From NCBI GenBank assembly GCA_003222395.1, contig QHWB01000040.1, positions 573-64,572 on the forward strand: a DNA stretch of 64,000 nt, written 5' to 3'. The stretch's first letter is position 1; each line of letters starts with the position of its first letter. Source of the stretch: Acidobacteriota bacterium. Its GTDB lineage: Bacteria; Acidobacteriota; Vicinamibacteria; Vicinamibacterales; CAVVIG01. The position numbers and the translations under genes were made by a program. Under the pieces are notes generated by a model. It was given only the letters and a program-made list of their open reading frames with translations, did not search any database and was not told the origin of the DNA. Positions 30,181-39,599 of the stretch are shown here, piece after piece.

Positions 30181-30464
30181 GATCGATCGCCCCTCCCCGC
30201 AGATCGCGGCGCCAGTCGAGGAAGTCGGCCGCAGATACCGTCTCGCGGTGTCCGCTGAATCTCGGTGAAGTCGTCATCGGCATCACAATCCGATCGACGT
30301 CGTGCATGTCGTACGGATGCATCAGCAGCGCGTCGATGACGCCGAACAACGGCCGCGTAGCCCTCGCGCAGATCGCCGACGAAGTCGTCGCGATATGGCG
30401 AGGCCGCGAGTGCCCGCTGGAGCAGCCGTTCGAGGACTGCGGGTGGATCGGACTGGAGGCTCAT
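30181..30464 (-). pseudogene. Decayed 5' remnant of an ADOP/FtsX-type permease (PadR-coupled), frame-broken and truncated
   Basis: ATG 30464 overlaps the PadR stop (ATGA). It gives MSLQSDPPAVLERLLQRALAASPYRDDFVGDLREGYAAVV (permease-prefix-like). A second frame (ORF 30107..30349) then gives FGVIDALLMHPYDMHDVDRIVMP...SAADFLDWRRDL (start of a MacB-like periplasmic domain). The TM1 segment expected between them is missing, and no permease body follows. Confidence 0.45.
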
Positions 30465-30805
30465 GACGTTTCCAGTTTCGACTCGACCCCGTCCCACAAC
30501 CCGAGCAGAACACGCCGCGATTGCCTGAGCGCTCGCAGCCCAGCCGTCGTCACGGTGAAATAGCGGCGCGCGCGGCCGCCGCGCTCCGGCAACGGATTGC
30601 CCATCGTGGATCGCAGGCAGCCCTTTTGTTCCAGGCGCTCCAGCGCCGTGTACAGGGCGCCACGCGCCATGCGCCGGCCCGCGGTACGCGCCAGTTCTTC
30701 GCGGATCGGGTTGGCGTACGCCTCGTCGTCGAGGCGGAGCACGAGCAGCAGAATCAACTGTTCGAGCTCGCCGACGTACACGTCTTCAGCCTTCATTGTA
30801 GGCAT
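30461..30805 (-). CDS. PadR-family transcriptional regulator
   Basis: GELEQLILLLVLRLDDEAYANPIREELARTAGRRMARGALYTALERLEQKGCLRS is a typical PadR winged helix. GGATGG lies 8 nt before ATG 30805; ATG 30796 is an alternative start. Confidence 0.85.
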   Translation of the reverse strand: MPTMKAEDVYVGELEQLILLLVLRLDDEAYANPIREELARTAGRRMARGALYTALERLEQKGCLRSTMGNPLPERGGRARRYFTVTTAGLRALRQSRRVLLGLWDGVESKLETS

Positions 30806-30895
30806 AATACACCATCCGGCTGAGCCGCGGGTGCCCTCGCATGGCACCCTCCGATGCATGAGCGCGCAGGCACGCGCGTTGCTCTCTCGTCCACG

Positions 30896-32695
30896 ATGCG
30901 TCGCAGGGTCACCGGTTTTGCTCTCGTTATCGCCGGAGTCGTTCCGACAATCGGCCATGCGCAGACCCTTCCCAAGCTCGATATTCCCCTCACTTACCGC
31001 GCGACCCTGCTGACCGGCCGCTCGCCCGTCATCGTGCAGCCGCTCGACACCGGCGTCGACGTGCTGCTGCAGTCGGTCGGCGGAACGCTCGGTCGCGCGC
31101 TGCCGATCATCGACGCGCGCGTCGCGGTGGTGCCGAACGTCGCGCTGCCGACGCTCGCGGGCAGCGCGCTCGTTCAGCGGCTCGCGCTCGATCGCAAAAC
31201 GCTCGGGCTGATGGAACGCACGGGGCCGACGATCGGCGCGACGGCCGTTCGGCAAACGCTGGGCTACGACGGCACCGGTATTGGCGTCGCCGTCATCGAT
31301 TCCGGCATCACGGCGTGGCACGACGATCTGACCGATGCGGCTGCCCCCGCCTCACAGCGCGTCGCACGGTTCGTCGATTTCGTCGGAGGACAGACCTACC
31401 CGTACGACGATTACGGCCACGGCACGCACGTCGCCGGCATCATCGCCGGCAACGGCTACGACTCGAGCGGCGCGCGATCGGGCGTCGCTCCCGGAGCGAA
31501 TCTCGTCGTCCTCAAGGCGCTCGATGGCTCAGGCTCGGGACGCATCAGCGATTTGATTGCCGCGCTGAATTACGTCGTCGATCACCAGGGCGAGCTCAAC
31601 ATCCGCGTGGTCAATCTGTCGATCGGCGCAGGTGTGTACGAATCGTACAACTCGGATGTGCTCGCGCAGGCAACCAGGCGCGTTGTCGAGCAGGGCGTGG
31701 TCGTGGTGAGCGCGGCCGGCAATAACGGCCATACATCCAGCGGACAGACGCAGTACGGCGGCATCACCTCACCGGGCAACGCGCCATGGGTGCTGACCGT
31801 CGGCGCCGCCAGCCACATGGGCACGATCGATCGCGCCGACGACGTCGTCGCCTCGTTCAGCTCGCGCGGACCGACGCGATACGACGACGCCGCCAAGCCC
31901 GACGTCGTGGCGCCCGGCGTCGGCATCGAGTCGCTCAGCGTGCCGAACTCGCAGCTCTCGTCGACGTACTCCGCTTACCTGCTGAACGGAACGATCGCGA
32001 CGGCGTTCCCGCCATATCTGAGCCTTACCGGGACGAGCATGGCGACGCCGGTGGTCACCGGCACGGTCGCGCTGATGCTGCAGGCGAATCCGGCGCTGAC
32101 GCCGAATGCCGTGAAGGCCATCGTGCAGTACACAGCGCAGCCATACGCCGGCTACGACGCCCTCACCGAAGGGGCAGGGTTTCTCGACGCCGCCGGCGCC
32201 GTCGCGCTCGCGCAGTATTTCGCGAATCCAACCGGCGCATTCCCATCGGCTGCCACGTGGAGCGCTCAGATTATCTGGGGCAATCAACGTGTGCGCGGTG
32301 GCCGGCCGATGCCGGGAACCAATGCCTGGCGACTCGATACGACGTGGGGCGCCGCGCGGACGGCCAGCGGCGCAACCGTTGTGTGGGGCGTTGAATGCAC
32401 CACTTCGAGCTGCGACGGGAACCGCGGACCGCCACCGGCCGCGTGGGGCGCGACCTGCTCCGACGCCACGTGCAACAGCGTCACGTGGGGTAACGATTCC
32501 AACAACGTCGTCTGGGCGCAACAGTGCGGCGGATCCGATTGCTCCGGCCAGACGTGGTCCACCGGCGATTCGCAAACCGTGGTGTGGGGCACGAGCGCGG
32601 ACCAGACAGTCGTGTGGGGCACGAGTGACAGCGAGACGGTTGTTTGGGGCACGAGCTGCGGTCACGACTGCGATCCGGTGATCTGGAATCGATAA
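30896..32695 (+). CDS. Secreted S8 (subtilisin-family) serine peptidase with a Cys/Trp-rich repeat tail
   Basis: ATG 30896 gives the signal peptide MRRRVTGFALVIAGVVPTIGHAQT. Catalytic triad motifs VAVIDSGI, HGTHVAGIIAG, GTSMATPVVTG. The C-terminal ~120 aa carry repeated xVVWG and C-x-C units. Confidence 0.88.
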   Translation: MRRRVTGFALVIAGVVPTIGHAQTLPKLDIPLTYRATLLTGRSPVIVQPLDTGVDVLLQSVGGTLGRALPIIDARVAVVPNVALPTLAGSALVQRLALDRKTLGLMERTGPTIGATAVRQTLGYDGTGIGVAVIDSGITAWHDDLTDAAAPASQRVARFVDFVGGQTYPYDDYGHGTHVAGIIAGNGYDSSGARSGVAPGANLVVLKALDGSGSGRISDLIAALNYVVDHQGELNIRVVNLSIGAGVYESYNSDVLAQATRRVVEQGVVVVSAAGNNGHTSSGQTQYGGITSPGNAPWVLTVGAASHMGTIDRADDVVASFSSRGPTRYDDAAKPDVVAPGVGIESLSVPNSQLSSTYSAYLLNGTIATAFPPYLSLTGTSMATPVVTGTVALMLQANPALTPNAVKAIVQYTAQPYAGYDALTEGAGFLDAAGAVALAQYFANPTGAFPSAATWSAQIIWGNQRVRGGRPMPGTNAWRLDTTWGAARTASGATVVWGVECTTSSCDGNRGPPPAAWGATCSDATCNSVTWGNDSNNVVWAQQCGGSDCSGQTWSTGDSQTVVWGTSADQTVVWGTSDSETVVWGTSCGHDCDPVIWNR

Positions 32696-32696
32696 C

Positions 32697-34925
32697 ATGA
32701 CGCACGAGCAGCCCGCCCGATGCGATCTTCGGTTCGCGAGCCTGCCGCCGGCCGCGCGCGCGTATGTCGTCGCAGTCATCGCCGCCGGCGCCGCCGCCGC
32801 GGCCGCACGATTTCCGACGCAGATCGATCGGCCGATTCTCTTCGGGCTGCTGCTCGTCTTCGGGTGGCTGACGTCGACGTGGAAGGTCAATCTGCCGCTG
32901 GCGCTGAAGAACGGCTCGACGCTCTCGGTCTCGTACGCCGCCGATCTGATGTCGCTCCTGCTGCTCGGACCACCTCCCGCGATGGCGATCGCCATCGTCG
33001 GCGCCTGGGCGCAGTGCGCGCGACAGCCGAAGAAGTCCTACCCGCCCTACCGCACGATCTTCAGCGTCGCCGTGGTCGCCGTCACGATGCAGGCGGTGTC
33101 GATCGTCTACGAGATGGTCAACGGCACGCCTGCGCCCGCATCGGCCGCCGAGTTGACGAAGCCGCTCGTCGCGGTGATCGCGACGTACTTCGCCATCAAC
33201 ACGGCGCTCGTCGCGCTGGCGATTGCGCTCGCCATGCGCCGGTCCGTCTGGACGGTCTGGCGCGATAACTTCCTGTGGAGCGCACCGAGCTTCATGGTCG
33301 CCGGCGGCGCCGGCGCCCTCGCTGCCGTCGTCATCGCGCGCGGCGACTACTGGGTGGCGCCGCTGATTCTCGCGCCGGTCTACCTGACGTATCGCACGTA
33401 CAAAGTCTTCCTCGCATCGCAGGTCGCCGAAAGGGCGCTGCGGCTGGAGAAGGAGCGCCTCGCGGTCACGTTGCGTAGCATCGGCGACGGCGTCATCGCA
33501 ACCGACACGCACGGCCTCGTGCGAATCATGAACCCCGCGGCGGAGGCGCTCACCGGGTGGCCGCACGACGCTGCGCTCGCCCGCCCGCTCGACGAGATCT
33601 ATCGCCCCATTTTTCGCGACGGCGTCGTCCACGGCATGCTCGCTTCGCGAAGCGGACGGCACATTCCGATTCATGAAGTGCGGGCGCCGCTGACCAACGA
33701 CGGGGGGCAGCACGTCGGAAGCGTGGTGGCTTTTCGAGACGTGGGCGACGCGATTCGCATGCAGGAGGAGCGGACGCGCGCGAGCAAGCTCGAATCGCTC
33801 GGGCTGCTCGCCGGCGGCATCGCGCACGACTTCAACAACATCCTGACCGCGATCCTCGGGAACGTCTCGCTCGTACGCGCCGACGCACGGATCGATATCC
33901 AGTCGGACGGCGCGCTCGCCGACGCCGAGAGAGCTTGCGTGCGCGCGCGGCAGCTGACGCAGCAGCTGCTCACGTTCGCGAAGGGTGGCGCCCCGATCAA
34001 GAAGCCGCTGCGGGTCGAACGCGTCATCCGCGAATCAGTGCACATGGCGCTGTCCGGATCCACCGTCAGCTGCGCGATGAAGATCGACCCGGCGCTGTGG
34101 GCGGTGAATGCCGACGAGGGTCAGCTGATTCAGGTACTGAACAACATCCTGATCAACGCGCAGCAGGCGATGCCGCGCGGCGGACGCGTCGTCATTCGAG
34201 CCGAGAACGTGTCGGAACCGGTCGATCGGTGGGAGCAGGGAATCAAGGTCGCCGCCGGACCGTACTCGTCAGTCTCCATCTCGGACGAAGGCGCCGGCAT
34301 CGGCCCGAGCCATCTCGGCAGGATTTTCGAACCGTACTACAGCACGAAACCGACGGGCAGCGGCCTCGGGCTGGCGACCGCGCTGTCAATCGTGAGGAAT
34401 CATCACGGCTACATCGCCGTCGACTCGGAACCGGGACGCGGGACAACAGTGCGCGTGGCGCTGCCGGCGCTGTTGGCGGAAACATTCGACGAGCACGCTC
34501 CCGCAGACACCGTGTCGCCGTCTCGCGGCTACGGCCGCGTCCTCGTGCTCGACGATGAGGAGCCGATTCGAACGCTCGCCGTGAAGCTGCTCCACGCGAT
34601 CGGATACGACGTAGACGCGGTGGCCACCGGGCGCGGGGCGATAGAGCTGTACACGCGCGCGCGCGAGGAACGCCGGCCGTTCGACGTCGTCCTGCTCGAC
34701 CTGACGCTACCCGGCGAGGCCGGCGGCCGCGAGGTACTGCGGCAGCTCCGAACCATCGACCCTGCGGTGAAGGCGATCGTCGTCAGCGGTTACGCGAGCG
34801 ACCCCGTGCTCGCCAACTACCGCGACTACGGCTTCAACGCGATGGTCGCGAAGCCGTTCACGCTGCGCGAGCTGACGGCGGCGCTCGACGAGGTCATAGC
34901 TTCAGAACATCGACCAGCTCTTTGA
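32697..34925 (+). CDS. Hybrid sensor histidine kinase/response regulator (multi-TM N-terminus, PAS, HisKA, HATPase, receiver)
   Basis: About 6 N-terminal TM helices; PAS ([30 protein letters not shown]); H-box [13 protein letters not shown]; G-boxes DEGAGIG and GSGLGLA; receiver [11 protein letters not shown]...[10 protein letters not shown]...AKPF. Confidence 0.88.
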   Translation: MTHEQPARCDLRFASLPPAARAYVVAVIAAGAAAAAARFPTQIDRPILFGLLLVFGWLTSTWKVNLPLALKNGSTLSVSYAADLMSLLLLGPPPAMAIAIVGAWAQCARQPKKSYPPYRTIFSVAVVAVTMQAVSIVYEMVNGTPAPASAAELTKPLVAVIATYFAINTALVALAIALAMRRSVWTVWRDNFLWSAPSFMVAGGAGALAAVVIARGDYWVAPLILAPVYLTYRTYKVFLASQVAERALRLEKERLAVTLRSIGDGVIATDTHGLVRIMNPAAEALTGWPHDAALARPLDEIYRPIFRDGVVHGMLASRSGRHIPIHEVRAPLTNDGGQHVGSVVAFRDVGDAIRMQEERTRASKLESLGLLAGGIAHDFNNILTAILGNVSLVRADARIDIQSDGALADAERACVRARQLTQQLLTFAKGGAPIKKPLRVERVIRESVHMALSGSTVSCAMKIDPALWAVNADEGQLIQVLNNILINAQQAMPRGGRVVIRAENVSEPVDRWEQGIKVAAGPYSSVSISDEGAGIGPSHLGRIFEPYYSTKPTGSGLGLATALSIVRNHHGYIAVDSEPGRGTTVRVALPALLAETFDEHAPADTVSPSRGYGRVLVLDDEEPIRTLAVKLLHAIGYDVDAVATGRGAIELYTRAREERRPFDVVLLDLTLPGEAGGREVLRQLRTIDPAVKAIVVSGYASDPVLANYRDYGFNAMVAKPFTLRELTAALDEVIASEHRPAL

Positions 34926-35820
34926 CGGCGGCGGCCGATTTCTTGAACGCCGCATCCTCCTCCGACGTCAGCTTGATTTGAACGATCTGCTCGAGTCCGC
35001 GCGCTCCGAGCTTGCAGGGTACGCCGACGAACAGATCGCGCACGCCGTACTCGCCCTGGAGATAGACCGAGCACGGAACGATCTTCTTCTTGTCCAGGAG
35101 GATCGCTTCGACCATCTCGACGACCGACGCTCCCGGCGCATACCAGGCGCTCGTCCCCACGAGCTTCGTAATCTCGGCGCCTCCGTTCGCCGTGCGCGTC
35201 ACGATCGCGTCGATTGTCGCCTTGTCCATCAGGTCGGTGATCGGGATGCCGGCGACAGTCGAATAACGCGGGAGCGGCACCATTGTGTCGCCGTGGCCGC
35301 CCAGGACGAAGGCATGGACGTTGTCGACCGACACGTTGAGCTCTTTCGCGATGAACGTCCGCATGCGCGCCGAGTCCAGCGCGCCCGCCATGCCGACGAC
35401 GCGCTCGCGCGGAAACTTCGACAGCTTGTAGACCGCCTGCGCCATCGCGTCGAGCGGATTGCTGACGGGGATGATGATGCAGTCGGGCGAGTGCTTCACG
35501 ATCTGCTCGGTGACCTGCTGCATGATCTTGTAGTTCACGTTCAGCAGATCGTCGCGGCTCATGCCCGGCTTGCGCGGCATCCCCGACGTGATGACGACGA
35601 CGTCCGAGTTGGCGCTCTCGGCGTAATCGCCGGTGCCGAGCACGCGCGAATCGGATCCCCAGATCGGGCACGCCTCGAGCATGTCGAGCGCGACGCCGGC
35701 CGCCTTCTGATCCGCGATATCGATCACCACGACGTCGGCGAGCTGCTTGTCGGCGACGCCGCGCGCCACGGTCGCGCCGACGTTTCCGGCGCCGCCGACG
35801 ACTGTTACCTTCCGGTTCAT
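34894..35820 (-). CDS. mdh: Malate dehydrogenase (LDH-like family)
   Basis: [45 protein letters not shown]. 308 aa. Its 3' end overlaps the convergent kinase gene by 32 nt. Confidence 0.93.
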   Translation of the reverse strand: MNRKVTVVGGAGNVGATVARGVADKQLADVVVIDIADQKAAGVALDMLEACPIWGSDSRVLGTGDYAESANSDVVVITSGMPRKPGMSRDDLLNVNYKIMQQVTEQIVKHSPDCIIIPVSNPLDAMAQAVYKLSKFPRERVVGMAGALDSARMRTFIAKELNVSVDNVHAFVLGGHGDTMVPLPRYSTVAGIPITDLMDKATIDAIVTRTANGGAEITKLVGTSAWYAPGASVVEMVEAILLDKKKIVPCSVYLQGEYGVRDLFVGVPCKLGARGLEQIVQIKLTSEEDAAFKKSAAAVKELVDVLKL

Positions 35821-35836
35821 CGGTGCTCCTTCGAAT

Positions 35837-35913
35837 CACGAAACTCACGAACACACGAAATACACGAAAAACAATGGTTGATTTCGTGTCCTTCGTGATT
35901 TCGTATTTTCGTG
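35837..35913. repeat. Quasi-palindromic array: 4 direct CACGAA units facing 4 inverted TTCGTG units (8-9 nt period) in the icd-mdh spacer
   Basis: CACGAA at 35837, 35846, 35854 and 35863. TTCGTG/TTCGTA at 35883, 35892, 35900 and 35908. The symmetry centre is ~35875. The region is AT-rich relative to its surroundings. The mdh SD GAAGGAG follows in the sense direction. Confidence 0.85.
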
Positions 35914-35931
35914 GATGACAAGCCTTCCCGA

Positions 35932-37230
35932 TTACATATGGTCGATGATCGCGTCCCCGAACTCGGACGTCGTCAACTCCGTCGCGCCGTCCATCAGCCG
36001 CGCGAAGTCGTAGGTGACCGTCTTGGCGGCAATCGCGGCGTCCATGCCCTTCACGATCAAATCCGCGGCCTCGTTCCATCCGAGATGGCGGAACATCATC
36101 TCGCCGGACAACACGACCGACCCCGGGTTCACCTTGTTCTGATCCGCGTATTTCGGCGCGGTGCCGTGCGTGGCCTCGAACACGGCGTGGCCGCTCACAT
36201 AATTGATGTTGCCGCCGGGAGCGATCCCGATGCCGCCGACCTGGGCGGCCAGCGCGTCGGACAGGTAATCGCCGTTCAGATTTGGCGTCGCGATGACATC
36301 GAATTCGTCCGGGCGCGTCAGGACCTGCTGAAGGGCGATGTCGGCGATGGCGTCTTTAATAATGATGCCGGCTCCTTGCCGGCCGTCCGGGATGCGGCAC
36401 CACGGGCCCCCATCCAGCTCGACCGCGCCGTAGAACTGCTTCGCGATGCGGTAGCCCCAGTCGCGGAAGCCGCCCTCCGTAAACTTCATGATGTTGCCCT
36501 TGTGCACGAGGGTGACGCTCCTGCGCTTATGCCTCACGGCGTAGCCGATGGCGGTGTGCACGAGACGTTCGGTGCCGAGATAGCTGATCGGCTTGAGACC
36601 AACGGCGACTTCGACGTCCACGTCGCGGTGAGGCGCGCCGATGGCTTCGAGCGCCGACTGCCACTGACGCGACTTCTCGGTCGTGCCGAACCGAATCTTG
36701 TTGAACTCCTTCGGAAACTCTCTCGCGAAAAAGTCGAGCACCTTCTTCGCTTCGGGCGAGCCGGCGACGAACTCGATTCCGGCGTAGATGTCTTCCGTGT
36801 TCTCGCGGAAGATCACCATGTCCACCTTCTCCGGGTGTTTGACCGGCGACGGCACGCCTCGATACCACCGCACCGGTCGAAGGCACACGTAAAGATCGAG
36901 GAGCTGCCGCAGCGCGACGTTCAACGATCGGATGCCGCCGCCAACCGGTGTCGTCAGAGGTCCTTTGATTCCGACGAGGTACTCTCGAAACGCATCGACT
37001 GTCTCGTCTGGCAGCCAGTTGTTGAACTGCTTGAAACTTTTTTCCCCGGCGTACACTTCTTTCCAGGCGATCTTCCTCCTGCCGCCGTACGCTTTCTCGA
37101 CGGCGGCATCGAAGACGCGCGCGCTCGCGCGCCAGATGTCGCGACCGGTGCCGTCGCCTTCGATGAACGGAATGATCGGATCGTCGGGGACCACGAGCTG
37201 GCCGTTCCTCAACGTGATTGCAGTGCCCAT
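35932..37230 (-). CDS. icd: NADP-dependent isocitrate dehydrogenase (homodimeric type)
   Basis: 432 aa. [51 protein letters not shown]. Confidence 0.95.
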   Translation of the reverse strand: MGTAITLRNGQLVVPDDPIIPFIEGDGTGRDIWRASARVFDAAVEKAYGGRRKIAWKEVYAGEKSFKQFNNWLPDETVDAFREYLVGIKGPLTTPVGGGIRSLNVALRQLLDLYVCLRPVRWYRGVPSPVKHPEKVDMVIFRENTEDIYAGIEFVAGSPEAKKVLDFFAREFPKEFNKIRFGTTEKSRQWQSALEAIGAPHRDVDVEVAVGLKPISYLGTERLVHTAIGYAVRHKRRSVTLVHKGNIMKFTEGGFRDWGYRIAKQFYGAVELDGGPWCRIPDGRQGAGIIIKDAIADIALQQVLTRPDEFDVIATPNLNGDYLSDALAAQVGGIGIAPGGNINYVSGHAVFEATHGTAPKYADQNKVNPGSVVLSGEMMFRHLGWNEAADLIVKGMDAAIAAKTVTYDFARLMDGATELTTSEFGDAIIDHM

Positions 37231-37423
37231 ATCTTTTAGGTCACGTCACCTGTCAGTCGCGGAAGATTTCCGCGAACTGTGTGGAAAACTCTGTGGAAAA
37301 CAGATCGCGTTTACGCGATTGTTGCATGCACTTTCGAATGATTTAGCGGTTTGCACTACGGCAGGGCGAATCAACATGCGGCGCTCGACAGCTCGACCAA
37401 AACCTCCGGATTATACTGTAGCC

Positions 37424-37876
37424 ATGAATGATCAGAGAGGACGACACGCGTTGCTGACGGCCGCGTTCTCGTGCGGCCTGACGCTCGCGCTGTCCGCGTA
37501 CGGCGTGCAGCAGCACGAGCACGAGGGCGGCGCACATCGTCATCCGGAAGCAGCCCAGATGAAGAATCCTGTGGCTGCCGACGCAAAGTCGATCGCGGCT
37601 GGCAAGACGGTGTTCCAGAAGAACTGCGCCAGCTGTCACGGCGAAACGGGCAAGGGCGACGGGAAGATGGGCGAGGAACTGAATCCGAAACCATCCGACC
37701 TCACCGACGCCGACTGGAAGCACGGCTCGACCGACGGCGAGATTTTCAAGGTGATTCACGACGGCTCCCCGAAGACCGGCATGAAGGCCTTCAAGAGCAA
37801 GCTGACCGAGCACGAGATGTGGGACGTTGTGAACTACGTGCGCAGTCTCGGACCGAGCAAAGGGACTTCGCGCTGA
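37424..37876 (+). CDS. Small class-I c-type cytochrome (150 aa), secreted
   Basis: ATG 37424 gives MNDQRGRHALLTAAFSCGLTLALSAYG (signal), a single CASCH haem motif, and a downstream Met ligand region (PKTGMKAF). Confidence 0.8.
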   Translation: MNDQRGRHALLTAAFSCGLTLALSAYGVQQHEHEGGAHRHPEAAQMKNPVAADAKSIAAGKTVFQKNCASCHGETGKGDGKMGEELNPKPSDLTDADWKHGSTDGEIFKVIHDGSPKTGMKAFKSKLTEHEMWDVVNYVRSLGPSKGTSR

Positions 37877-39468
37877 AAATCGTCATTGCCGACGATCTGC
37901 CGGCCTCCGCGGTCGAACTGCTCCGCGCCGAGGCCGGCTGGATCGTCGACGCACGATCCGGACGCAAACCCGACGCACTCGCCGCCGACCTCGCAGACGC
38001 TGACGCGCTCCTCGTGCGCAGCGCGACGACCGTCGATGCCCACCTGCTGTCGGCTGCCTCCCGCCTCCGCATCGTCGGTCGCGCCGGCACCGGCGTCGAC
38101 AACATCGACGTCGCTGCCGCCAGCGCACGCGGCATCCTCGTCGTGAACGCGCCGGGCGCGAACAGCATCAGCGTCGCCGAACATGCCTGCGCATTGATGC
38201 TCGCACTGGCGCGATCGGTGCCGGCGGCCGACCGCGCGATGAAGGACGCCAGGTGGGAGAAGCAGAAGTTTCTCGGCAGCGAGCTGCGCGGGAAGACGCT
38301 CGGCATCGCCGGCCTCGGGCGGATCGGACAGGAGGTCGCGCAGCGCGCCCGCGCGTTCGGCATGCGGATCGTCGCGCACGACCCGTTCATCGCCAAGGAG
38401 ATCGCGACCGCGCTCGGCGTCGAGCTGATGCCGCTCGAGGAGATGTGCGCGACGGTCGACTACCTGACGTTGCACCTGCCTGCGACGCCCGAGACGAAGC
38501 ATCTCTTCGACGACGAGCGGTTCGCGAAGTGCCGGCCCGGCATTCGCCTCGTCAACACCGCGCGCGGCGAGCTGGTCGACGAAGCGGCGCTGCGCCGCGC
38601 GATTGCAAGCGGCATCGTGGCCGCGGCCGCGTTGGACGTGTTCGAAACGGAGCCGCCGAAGGACTGGTCGCTCGCGCAGCTTCCGCAGGTCATCGCCACG
38701 CCGCACATCGCGGCGTCGACCGAGGAAGCGCAGGAGCTGGTCGGCACCGAGACGGCGGCGACGGTTCGCGATTTCCTGCGCGACGGCATCGTTCGGAACG
38801 CGGTGAACTTTCCGTCCATCCATCCGGACGAACTGCAGCGGTTGCAGTCGTGGATCCGCCTCGCCGATCGGCTCGGCGGACTGGTGTCGCAGATGGGCGC
38901 GGCGCGGATCGAGGCGCTCGGCGTGCGCTATTACGGCGCGCTCGTCGAGAGCCGCGGCGTCGACGTCCTGGCGGCGAGCGCGGCAGCCGGCGTCTTGCGG
39001 CCGATCCTGTCGAGCGGCGTGTCGATTGTGAACGCGCGGACCGCCGCGCGCGAGCGCGGCATCGACATCGTCGAGTCGCGAAGCTCCCGTTCGCGACATT
39101 TCACCAGCCTGCTGTCGATCAAGCTTCACACCGATGCCGGCGAGCGGTGGGTGGAAGGGACGGTGTTCGAGCCGCACAGCCTGCGTCTCGTGTCGGTCCG
39201 CGGCGTCGACGTCGAGGCGCCGCTCGGCGGCACGATGCTGATCATCGCCAACGACGATCAACCGGGCGTGATCGGCGAGGTGGGAACGATCCTCGGCCGC
39301 CACAAGGTGAACATCGCGAACTTCGCGCTCGGCCGGCACGGCGGCGGCGCCGTCGGCGTCGTCAACGTCGACGAGGACCCCGGCGCGCCGCAGGCGCTCG
39401 ACCGCGCGGCTGGAGAAATCCGCCGCGTGCCGGCGATCCGCGAAGCGTGGGTCGTGCGGTTACCGTGA
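37873..39468 (+). CDS. serA: D-3-phosphoglycerate dehydrogenase (with ASB and ACT domains)
   Basis: LKIVIADDLPASAVELL... aligns with the usual MKI(L/V)xAD N-terminus. GLGRIGQEVAQRA NAD fold; C-terminal ACT (MLIIANDDQPGVIGEVGTILG). The start is uncertain: CTG 37873 (a CTGA overlap with the cytochrome stop) or in-frame GTG 37819. Confidence 0.88.
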   Translation: MKIVIADDLPASAVELLRAEAGWIVDARSGRKPDALAADLADADALLVRSATTVDAHLLSAASRLRIVGRAGTGVDNIDVAAASARGILVVNAPGANSISVAEHACALMLALARSVPAADRAMKDARWEKQKFLGSELRGKTLGIAGLGRIGQEVAQRARAFGMRIVAHDPFIAKEIATALGVELMPLEEMCATVDYLTLHLPATPETKHLFDDERFAKCRPGIRLVNTARGELVDEAALRRAIASGIVAAAALDVFETEPPKDWSLAQLPQVIATPHIAASTEEAQELVGTETAATVRDFLRDGIVRNAVNFPSIHPDELQRLQSWIRLADRLGGLVSQMGAARIEALGVRYYGALVESRGVDVLAASAAAGVLRPILSSGVSIVNARTAARERGIDIVESRSSRSRHFTSLLSIKLHTDAGERWVEGTVFEPHSLRLVSVRGVDVEAPLGGTMLIIANDDQPGVIGEVGTILGRHKVNIANFALGRHGGGAVGVVNVDEDPGAPQALDRAAGEIRRVPAIREAWVVRLP

Positions 39469-39475
39469 CGCTCGG

Positions 39476-39583
39476 CTGAAAGCCTCGCGCTACGGTTCGC
39501 AGATGTAGCGCTACGGTTCGCAGATGTAGCGCTACGGTTCGCAGATGTAGCGCTACGGTTCGCAGATGTAGCGCGAGCCTTTT
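39476..39583. repeat. REP-like palindromic element expanded by four perfect 21-bp tandem copies (GCGCTACGGTTCGCAGATGTA)
   Basis: Units at 39488, 39509, 39530 and 39551. Each contains GCGCTAC...GTAGCGC self-complementarity across unit borders. The flanks GCTGAAAGCCTCGCGCTAC and GTAGCGCGAGCCTTTTAGGCGAGC are inverted copies of each other (14/15 pairing). The element lies between convergent serA and the lipid kinase gene. Confidence 0.9.
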
Positions 39584-39599
39584 AGGCGAGCGAACGTGA

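Noticed and set aside
37471-37872. Long N-terminal extension of serA offered by the ORF track (start 37471)
   Set aside because: It lies entirely inside the cytochrome c gene in another frame, and its translation is Arg-rich and non-conserved. The SerA homology begins at LKIVIAD.
39488-39571. Four identical 21-bp direct repeats, a possible CRISPR array
   Set aside because: The repeats are contiguous with no spacers. The unit is shorter than CRISPR repeats. No cas genes are present. It fits an expanded REP-like palindrome instead.
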